Positions 1 to 9,085 of a stretch of 64,000 nucleotides of DNA are shown here, piece by piece. The first letter of the stretch is position 1. The number at the start of each line of letters is the position of its first letter. The stretch is from NCBI GenBank assembly GCA_034780895.1, contig JAUZTB010000076.1, forward strand, positions 45,303,557-45,367,556, written 5' to 3'. The notes beneath the pieces are model-generated. The model made no database searches, was not told where the DNA came from, and saw only the letters and a list, made by a program, of their open reading frames with translations. This DNA is from Rhynchobatus australiae (taxonomy: Eukaryota). The position numbers and the translations under genes are program-made.

Positions 1-100
1 ACTGCCTGCTTTTCTCCACGGATGCTGCCTGTCCTGCTGAGTTCCTCCAGCATCAGTGTTTTTCATCTAGATTCCAGCATCTGCATTTCTTTGTTTCCCT
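1..100 (+). mobile_element. Penelope-like terminal repeat fragment
   Basis: GATGCTGCCTGTCCTGCTGAGTTCCTCCAGCA...TAGATTCCAGCATCTGCA, as in the other copies. Confidence 0.7.
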
Positions 101-970
101 GGTTTTCCCCTCTCTGGCCTTCATTGTATTCTCCACTCCCCATGCAACATCTTGGACTGTAGAATCCTTGGCCAATGGTCCAATAGTTTGGAATTCACTG
201 TATACTATTTTTCACATCAGCAAAGCCACCTCTTTGATCATATATTCAATCTACTCCCTTAACTAAGGTTTCTTCACCAAATGACACTCATTTTACTTCA
301 GTAGGTGATGCAAAATAATTTGTCACAGTTAATGTCTTGAATCTGCCCATGCAAAATAAAAATTATTGGGGGAAGTAGGTAGCAGGGAAGACTCAGGACT
401 GGAGGATAAGGTGAAGGAATATTGTGGTGCAAAAAATAAATAAATTGGAATCGGATGCACTGAACCCTCATTTCCAGAGAATGTGCTGAATATAAAAATT
501 GGCAGAGTCAAAAGGAAGACTGTGATTTCAGATCATTCAAATTTGGAAATCTGAGTGGATATAAATGTAGAATGCTGGATAATAATGGGAACACATCAAC
601 AATGAGAATTAGCTGTTGGAACTCAGTAGCTGATTCTTGGTAAGTACNNNNNNNNNNNNNNNNNNNNNNNNNNNNNNNNNNNNNNNNNNNNNNNNNNNNN
701 NNNNNNNNNNNNNNNNNNNNNNNNNNNNNNNNNNNNNNNNNNNNNNNTACTGCCACCACCTGGTTTGGAGCCAAGCTGCATTTCCTGATCCCACTGTTGA
801 TCAGTACAGCAGGGAAGGCTGAAAAAATTGGCCTTCATCCCTCCTTGGAATGGAGATCATTGGATAATTCCCCAGCATAGTTTGGTGACTGCATTGTTGT
901 AAGTGAGACTGACTTTATCCACGCACTTTGTATGTAACTGTCTTTCACTTACTGCAGTATCCTGGAGAGG

Positions 971-1852
971 CTTGGAGACTCAAGAGACTAAAGGTGTTGG
1001 AATTTGGAGCCAAAAATAAATTGATGGAAAAGCTCAGTGGGTCATGTAGCATCTGCAAAAGGCTGATCGACAATTTGGGTCGAGTGCCTGCATCAGGACT
1101 GAGTGTGTAGAGGGAAGACAACCGGTGTATAGAAGTGAGAGGGAGCGGTTAGCTAGTAGATGATTGGTGGAACCAGATAAGGGAGGGATAGTGGGAAGGT
1201 GGAACTAGGTAGGGGAGGGTAACAAGTCTTCAATTTTCAAAATTCAGTGTCCATACCAATGGGTTGCATGTCACTTCAACTCCCCTTCCCTTTTCCACAG
1301 TGGCCTGTCGGTTCTTGGCCTTCTCCACTATCACGGTGAGGCTAAACAAATGAGAACAGCACCTTATATTCCTCTTGGGCATCCTACAACCCAAATGGTA
1401 TGAACACCGAATTTCCTAATTTCAGGAAACTCCACAACCCTCATGTTCCCTTTCCACTCCACCCTAGTTCTCCTCTTTGATTACCTCTTCATCCCTTCCC
1501 TCCCCTCATCACTACGAAGGCTCATTACCCTCCCCCACCTGCCCATTACCACATACCTATCTTCATTCTCTTCTCCCTTGGTTCATCTTTCCTATCCCCT
1601 CTCCCTCCTTACCTGGTTCTGCCCCTCATCCCTCCCTCTGGCTTCATCTATTCCATCCTCTATCTCTATCCTCCCCCCATCTGGTTCCATCTGCCTAACA
1701 TGTCATTTGGTTCGACCTAGCACTTACTAGTCTCTGTCTCACCCCTCCTTCTCACTTCCATACAGTGGCTATCTTCCTGAAACCATCCCTCAGCCTTCAG
1801 GAGGTGCTGCTTGACCTGCTGAGTTCTTCCAGCAGTTTATTTTTTTTGTGTT
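971..1852. mobile_element. Penelope-like element with inverted halves and TSD CTGGAGAGG
   Basis: Minus-strand terminus at about 975-1270; plus-strand endonuclease tail, pyrimidine-rich UTR and terminus at about 1280-1852. CTGGAGAGG at 962-970 and 1853-1861. Confidence 0.75.
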
Positions 1853-2175
1853 CTGGAGAGGTTTCTGTGGTGTCAGTTTCTTCCATGCTTTAACTGGATT
1901 CTGTATTCCATATAAATTGACTCTTTGCTGGGCAGTAGATTGATAGTTGTACCTCTACCTCCACCTCACTGGCTGATGCAGTGGTGTTAGTAATTACTTA
2001 AAAAAGTTTCAGCTCATTCTATTCACAGATCTGTACCATCATATTAACATCCAGGAGAAAGCTACTTATGCCCAAACTGCCTACCATCCAGGATCATACA
2101 CGAATTACGAGCAGAAATCCACCCAGCACATTCACCTCCTTTCAAAGAGGACAAAGATGAAGCAAACTGCCTTAC

Positions 2176-2301
2176 CCACTGCTTTACAACTCTCGGTCAT
2201 TGGATCCATCTCATAACCTTGGAAGCAGGTGCACTTGTACCCTCCTTTAATGTTCGTGCAGATCTGGCTGCATTGGTCTGGATCTTCACATTCATTTATA
2301 T
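2176..2301 (-). CDS. LRP8: LRP8 exon 9: calcium-binding EGF-B ([42 protein letters not shown])
   Basis: ttcag| acceptor, |GTAAGG donor, 126 nt. The YWTD propeller exons are not seen in 1-2175 and presumably lie outside the window. Confidence 0.95.
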
Positions 2302-2449
2302 CTGAAAGAACCATTTCAACTAGTCAATAAACTGGCTGAATTCTGTGCCATTTGTACAACAGTGCTTATTATTGAAACCTGTGTTTCAATTCAGGCTGCT
2401 CTTTGTTCAAAGATGACCGAAGGAAGGATCTGCTTTGCATTTTAATTAC

Positions 2450-2569
2450 CTCCACATGTCTTTGAGTCTAACAGTGTGTATCCGGCTGGGCATTCGCATT
2501 CATATCCGACCTTCAAGTCTCTACACGTGTGGGAGCAGCCACCATTGTTAGTCAGGCACTCATTTAAAC
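2450..2569 (-). CDS. LRP8: LRP8 exon 8: EGF-A ([40 protein letters not shown])
   Basis: gccag| acceptor, |GTAATT donor, 120 nt. GLNECL.NNGGCSH matches ApoER2 EGF-A. Confidence 0.95.
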
Positions 2570-3469
2570 CTGGCACCAAAACAAAAAACAGCACATTGAC
2601 TGGATAAATTACAAAGCATCAGTGAGAAATGGCTTTAGTGCTTTCAGATCTATGCAATGGAGTAGTCTGAGTAAATCCACATACACTAAACATGGCCAAC
2701 ATTAAAACAAACTTTAAAAGGGTGTTCACCAAAAGATTTAAAATTACCAATCTTGTATCCCAAAATCTACAGCAGTGGGGAGGGAGGTGTGTGGAGGGTG
2801 GAGTTTTAGACAGTTCTCAAGTTTTGTTAAATATCAATTATAAATTAAGAATAAATACTTAAGACATTTGCAGGTGGTGGCCTGATTAAGACGTTCTATT
2901 TTTGTGAAAATGACTTAATCAACACAAGAACGACCTCCATTTGTACATCACTTCAACACAGTGAAAGAAAATCCCAAGATGGTTTGAGTGTTTTCCAAAC
3001 GTACAGCAGCAGTGAGCCACAGGATGAAATTAGGGTAGATAATCAAAAGCTTCATGAAATGAGTAGATTTTGAGCAGCATTCAAAAGTAGGAAAGAAAGA
3101 TAGAAATGAAGAGGCAGTGGAAATTCCAGAGTTTGAGCCTCAGCAGATGAAAACACAGCTGCTGTTGAATGAGCAGGACTGAACAGCAGTCAATTATAAG
3201 TTAACAGGTGTCTGAGTTAAAGGGTTGGAAGAGATTTTGTGATCCATATAAAATGTAATTTGTTTGCTTTATACAATTCCTAGTGACAATGACAACTGCC
3301 TCTAACTGGCTGAAAGACTGGGAAGGCTTAAGTTAAAGAGCATCCTCTGGTATATCCAAGACTAAGACTAGACTGAGGTCTGCAGGAGAAGTTTCATTCT
3401 ATTCAAGCTCTGTTACACAATGCAGTGCCAGCCTCAACTCTTAGGTAGAAATCTCACCTCTGTCAGAAG

Positions 3470-3567
3470 CAAGACACACAAAAAGTGCTGGAGGAACTGC
3501 TGAGTTCCTCCAGCATTTTTTGTGTGTTGCCCCAGATTCCAGCATCTGCAGAATTTCTTGTGTCTAA
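3470..3567. mobile_element. ~100-bp foldback Penelope-derived insert with 8-bp TSD (GTCAGAAG) inside a tRNA-headed SINE
   Basis: CACACAAAAAGTGCTGGAGGAACT-GCTG-AGTTCCTCCAGCATTTTTTGTGTG hairpin. GTCAGAAG at 3462-3469 and 3568-3575. Host continues GGTTGTATGTTCAAGTCCCATTCCAG (B-box). Confidence 0.75.
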
Positions 3568-4082
3568 GTCAGAAGGTTGTATGTTCAAGTCCCATTCCAG
3601 AGATCTGAGAACAACAATTAAAGCTTTTAAATTAAGTGTCTGTTCTATTGGTTCAACAAAAAGAATTTTATCTGTACACAATTTCCACCTATTATCCCAG
3701 GACTGTTTGTCAGACCATACTGTGTGCAAATTGGTGCCTCATTCCTTATACTATATCAATGACTATACTTCAAAAGTAGTTCAGAAGCTGTAGTTCTGAC
3801 CTCTTAAAAAGCACTATTCTTTTTACAATGCTAACACCAAGTGGCAATGATACGCCTCATTTCAATGATCACAAAATTCAAAGCACAACAGGGGGAGGGG
3901 GTTGTTGGATTCACACAAAAACAGCATTACCAAGAATCATCAAAGGAATCTTCATTCTAGCCTTAACCCATCCTCTTGAAATATTCCACTTTCTTATCGC
4001 TACTGTTTTTTTGGAAAACATCGAGGAGAATATGTAGTTGTAATGATGATAGAAAGCACCTGTCACCCTGGATCCATCTTAC

Positions 4083-4205
4083 CGCATTCTTTAAGTGGTT
4101 CATCTGACCAGTCTTTGCAGTCCTTGTGAGAGTCACATACTTTCTTCGAATCAATACACTCTCCACTCCCACAGAGAAACTTCAAATGTCCTTTACAAGG
4201 GGTCA
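4083..4205 (-). CDS. LRP8: LRP8 exon 7: LA8 ([41 protein letters not shown])
   Basis: aacag| acceptor after an 86-nt intron, |GTAAGA donor, 123 nt. [10 protein letters not shown] is the signature of the last ligand-binding repeat. Confidence 0.94.
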
Positions 4206-4291
4206 CTGTTTGACATCAAGAACAACATTGTTAGATCTCAAGGGACACCATCACTTGCTTGCAGACACAAGACTCAGCAAACAGTACTAAC

Positions 4292-4414
4292 CATTCTTGC
4301 AGTCTAGCTCGTCAATGCGGTCTGAACAGTCAAAGACTTGGTTGCACTGTTTGGATCCATGAATGCAACTCCCATCACCACACTGGAACTCATCGGGCTG
4401 GCAAGTTACCTTTG
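4292..4414 (-). CDS. LRP8: LRP8 exon 6: LA7 ([41 protein letters not shown])
   Basis: taaag| acceptor, |GTTAGT donor, 123 nt phase 1-1, six Cys. Confidence 0.93.
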
Positions 4415-4696
4415 CTTTAAGAGAAAATTTGTACGTTATTTTTAAATTTTACTATTTGTATTATTATTCAAAAGGAAGATTTCAAAAGGTATCAAAAATA
4501 TCTTAATGTTTAAAATGATGGACTCAAGGATAAAACTTAACACATTGGCAGACAGCTAAACTAGAGGAGGGCCATAAGTGTCAAAGATTGAGAGATGGTC
4601 TCTCATGGTCAGGGAGAGTACCATTCTATCCTTTTACCTCATTTCCCTTCTCAACCAGAAAACATCAGGAAATGCCAGTCTGCAGACTGCAAATGG

Positions 4697-4950
4697 CAGG
4701 GTGGCACGGTAGCTTAGTGGTTAGCGTGATGCTACTACAGTGCCAGCANNNNNNNNNNNNNNNNNNNNNNNNNNNNNNNNNNNNNNNNNNNNNNNNNNNN
4801 NNNNNNNNNNNNNNNNNNNNNNNNNNNNNNNNNNNNNNNNNNNNNNNNTTCCAAAGACATACGGGTAGGTTAACATGGGTTTAAAAAAATGGGCACCAAG
4901 GATTTGTTGGGCCGGAAGGGCCTGTTACCACACTGGAAATAAAATTTAAA
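4697..4950 (+). mobile_element. HE1-like tRNA-derived SINE
   Basis: A-box head GGCACGGTAGCTTAGTGGTTAGC and CR1-type tail GGGCCGGAAGGGCCTGTTACC. Middle is a gap. Confidence 0.7.
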
Positions 4951-5459
4951 TTCAAAGCCAAAAGTCAAACTCATGTTCCTCATGAAATTATAGAGCTCAA
5001 AGATCAGCTAGCCATTTCCCATGCCACAGTACTAGTCATGCTTATCAGTGTTTGTGAATGCCAGTGTAGCTATCAGTTTGAATGACAGAACAGGCTTGAG
5101 GGGTTCAATGGTCTCCTGTTGCCATCTTNNNNNNNNNNTCTTCTCATTCCACCACCTGAAGCAGGAGGTTGCAAGGCAAGATCACTGGATATTCCGACTT
5201 TGCTCAACTCCTTTATTTACTTTTGAGAGATAATTGTTGGCCTTTCTACTAAAATAGTTTATGGGTGTATTTCCTGGGACATTAGGTTTCCTCAACAGGA
5301 AAAAGGTCAACCCTCCAAAGTCCCTGGAGAACAGTTAGAACAAATTCAACCAAAACTCGGGAGACAAAGGCCCTAATTTATATGCATGATGAATACAATT
5401 AAAAGAGATTCTGTACGTCAGCATCATAGACACTTTGGACTTGATCATACAGCTAGTAG

Positions 5460-5885
5460 ATATCTTCCATGGTTCCCCAGGTTTCATTTTATCCTCCATA
5501 AATGAATTCATCTCAAACTCTGCTGTCTGTATCCTAACTCACACTAGTTCCTTTCATTCATCAACCCAATGCTCACTGATATAATTGCCTGCAAATCCAG
5601 CAACTTTCAGATTTAAAAATCTTGTCTTTAAAGTCTCCACAAGTTCACCCTTTCCTTATCTCTTGTATTCCCACCAGTCTTCAAAATTCTTTGCACTCCT
5701 CCAATGCTCACTCTTGCAGATCCCAAATTTTAGCTCTAACATGCTTTCAACTCTGGAATTCCCACCCCAGATTTCTTACATTCTTTCTACTCCTTTAAAC
5801 ATTCCTTAAAATCTATCTCTGACCAAGCTTTAGTTGTAATATATGTGGATTGGTGGCATATTCTGTTTGCTAATGCTCCTGAGTG
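5460..5885 (+). mobile_element. Old L2-like 3' fragment (related pieces at about 13540-13800 on +, and 3000-3230, 22960-23260, 27180-27370, 28560-28870 on -)
   Basis: CTCAAACTCTGCTG…CCTAACTCACAC…TTTAAAAATCTT…CTCTGGAATTCCC…CTCTGACCAAGCTTT pattern. Confidence 0.45.
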
Positions 5886-6441
5886 TGTATCCTGCCATTA
5901 TACATACACACCAGCTGAATGGATAAGCCAGTGTAGGGCACCTGACACCAGAAGAACCAGTCTCAGTAAGCATTCCAGTTTTTTTTGGGTGGGGGGGGGT
6001 GTGTGGGTGGGGAGGGGAGAATGTTAAACCTACTTGCTTTTATGTATAATACTTTTTTTTAAAAAATAGCTGGTTATAAGGCTATTCCATCACACTAGAT
6101 GCCTTGTCTATTCCAAATCCATTAGCATCCAGTAATTAGAATGGGATACCGAGCACGTGCGATAATCCTGGAAAAGTGTTCCCTCCCTCATCAAGAACAA
6201 CTATGCGCACACTTAAATCTCGCCCTCCCTGTTTAAACTGAGGTCAGTTAACTCAGCACAGACTGGGAGGAATCATACCTGCTACTTTCATGGTCTGTCT
6301 GAACCTGCTACACATGAATTCAGAGAACGAAAAAAAAAATGAATTAACCATCTCACTACAAGCAAGCCACATGAAACACCTTGAAATACTGAGATGACAC
6401 AGTCACATTCTGAATAAACTTAGAGATAAAAGAAAACTTAC

Positions 6442-6819
6442 GACAACCAATTTCATCTGATTTGTCCTTGCAGTCTATGCTTCCATCACATTTCCAGTTG
6501 AAGTGGATGCACTCGCCATTTGTGCACTGAAACTCACTTGCTGAGCAAGAGTCTGTAGGTTTCTGGGTCGCTGAATGGCCACAACTCTCCACACTCTCAT
6601 CCGAGCCGTCGGGACAGTCTGCATCACTGTCGCAGGCCCACAGTTCAGGAATGCACGTGGAGCTGTTGCACTGGAACTCATGGGATCCACAGGTGGGTGG
6701 AGAGCAGTCCTGCTCCTCTGTGCCATCACCACAGTCGTCATCCCCATCGCACACAAACATCATGGCAATGCACTTTTCATTTTTACATAAGAATTCATTG
6801 GGTGAGCATGTCTTCTTAT
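6442..6819 (-). CDS. LRP8: LRP8 exon 5: LA4-LA6 with linker ([12 protein letters not shown]...[11 protein letters not shown])
   Basis: cacag| acceptor, |GTAAGT donor, 378 nt, three LDLa repeats with a linker ([11 protein letters not shown]) between LA5 and LA6. Ends in the ApoER2/LDLR-like DCKDKSDE. Confidence 0.96.
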
Positions 6820-8962
6820 CTGTGGGGTACGGGAGGAGCCATTATGAGCAAACAAATCGATGAGATCTTGCACGAAATTAACAAAAAAACGATTATTTCC
6901 TTCTTCTCACCAACCCTTACTTCAAACATCTCTTCATCGTGTCTGAATGCACTGACATGCTGAATAATGGGCCCAGAAGTTGCAAGCACACATGAAAGCC
7001 TGAACAGAGTGTTGGCAGGCTATCCAACAGATGGATCATCACAGCTGAGACTAATCCTTTCCTCACTTGAGGTCAGCATGTGCACTTTTCAGCAAGTGTC
7101 CCAGATAGTTACTGGTAGGGATCACCTCTCTCCCCTGGGATGGCCAAATCCAATTATGGCACCCAGCTGCAGTTCCACTAATATCACTCCACAAGAGTAC
7201 TTATATCTCAGTTCAGCTTACTGATGTCCAGCCTATTTTGGATATGTCTGTGAGGAAATCCGTAATGTCAAAGACAGAAATTGTGTGAGAACTTTAAAAT
7301 GACACAACATGTTTACAGTGAAGTCAATTAGTCAAAGCTAATTAATTTTACAAATCACTTTTCTTCAGAGGATCACTCAAGAGTGAAGTTTGGCGTCATC
7401 CACATGTGTGGGGGTTTCATGATGAACTAGCTTTTCCCTGCGATCATTGACATCCTGCTTTTGCTCAAGAAACATGATCTCCAAGGTAAAACAGTGACAA
7501 CAGTAGGAAATGCAACAAACTGATCAGCCATCTGTTCAGCCTTGGACAAAGTCAGTATGTGTTCAGTTGTTAAGAAAAGCCTCATGGAGACTAGAGGCAT
7601 TATTTGCAGCAATTGTCATTTAAAAATAAATACTTGCTCCTTCTCTAGCCTCTAGAAAAACAGCAACTCAGGCTTTGGTGATATTTACATAGGAGCCATT
7701 GGTTGCCTGCATTTTGCTTGTCAAAGGCACCCCCAGCCAAAATGAATCCTATCGGCAGACATTGATACATATTCACTTTCCAGTGATAGTGATCGGAAGA
7801 AGGAACCCGGCTTTTAATGCCCTCACTGGCATGTCCCAGCTGAACTGCAGTGCTCTCTGCCAAAATCGGTTTCCACACCACCACCCTGGGATGGAACATG
7901 GCAACTTGAGATGTGTACAGGTCAGAACGACACAGGTTCACTTCTCTTGCTGAACTTTGGGAGAAACCAGATGGCAAAGGTTAGGTTAGAGCTAGAGCCC
8001 TAACCAAAATTCACCCAAAGGATGTTCACACACTCACCACCTCTGTTAGGGATTGGAAGGTGTGGGGCATCATTCAGGAGTTACGGAGGTGGTAGCAATT
8101 AATACAAACGAGAACCAATCTTCACAAACTATTTCAAAATGTACAAGCAGTAATTGGTTTTGAAATTAAAAGCAGAGTTGTATGAATAAGCACCACAGGC
8201 TGTAGGCTCACAGCTGGAGGCTGCTTAAGAGATATGGTTTGTAAACTGACATCACCAGGAGTCATTCTTGCATGCATTAGCCAAACACAAGACAATGGAG
8301 CAATGTTGTTACCTGGCCTACATCAGACCAAGCATCAGATATCTTCAGCTCGGATATTTTACACCATTGTGAAAGAGATCAAGCAAAGCTCCTCACTAGT
8401 TATTTGACTATTAGTACATCAAATATGGTTACCTGCATATTTGTTCCATCAATAATTGAGGTATGTGTGCACCTAGAGAGTCAAGCCACACAACACTGAT
8501 TTTGAGTGTCTGAGGTTTCTGTCCTCAGAAACTTTTAGACCATTCATGTGAACATCTTTATCTCAGCAAAGGTGTTTGATGGTTGTGTCAACTGAGACAT
8601 ACTCCCTTTATAAGTATGCAATTTGATGGAACCATTAGTCTGCACCCAAAATATTGAAGTGAACTGTGGAACTGTAACTACTGAAATTGTATTCAATTAT
8701 CTGTTGTTCTTTAAGAGTATAAAACCTTGAGCTACTTTAAGTTCAGATAGATTCTACAGAATTACTCAATTCTCCCAGGAGCAAGTCTTCCAATAGGTCT
8801 CCTCCTGAACATTTATTTGAGCTGAACAAAGACCTTTAATATTTACAGNNNNNNNNNNNNNNNNNNNNNNNNNAAGTCACATTTGGGGGCTCGTCCAAGA
8901 TAGGGTTAAGGCTAGAGCTCGAGCCATCCAAAAATTCACCTGAAGGAAATTCACACACTCAC

Positions 8963-9085
8963 CATCTGCACAATGCAACTCGTCGGTTCCATTTCCACAG
9001 TCCTTCTGACCGTCACACTGCCATGAAAGTGGGATGCATCTGTTTCTGGAACAGCCAAATGTGTCAGGTGGGCACGTAACTTTAT
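8963..9085 (-). CDS. LRP8: LRP8 exon 4: LA3 ([41 protein letters not shown])
   Basis: tgcag| acceptor, |GTGAGT donor, 123 nt, six-Cys LDLa pattern. Confidence 0.93.

Noticed and set aside
329-511. ORF ending NNFYFAWADSRH as a possible YWTD-propeller exon
   Set aside because: Lacks the expected LIFTNR.EVR.I sequence, has a stop right after, and has no fitting splice sites.
2570-4082. Orthologue of the mammalian 39-nt furin-site exon
   Set aside because: I found no AG-GT bounded segment encoding a polybasic RxxR motif by eye.
7978-8004. GGTTAGGTTAG / CCCTAACC as interstitial telomere sequence
   Set aside because: Only two or three degenerate units, better explained as part of the duplicated donor module and branch-point region.
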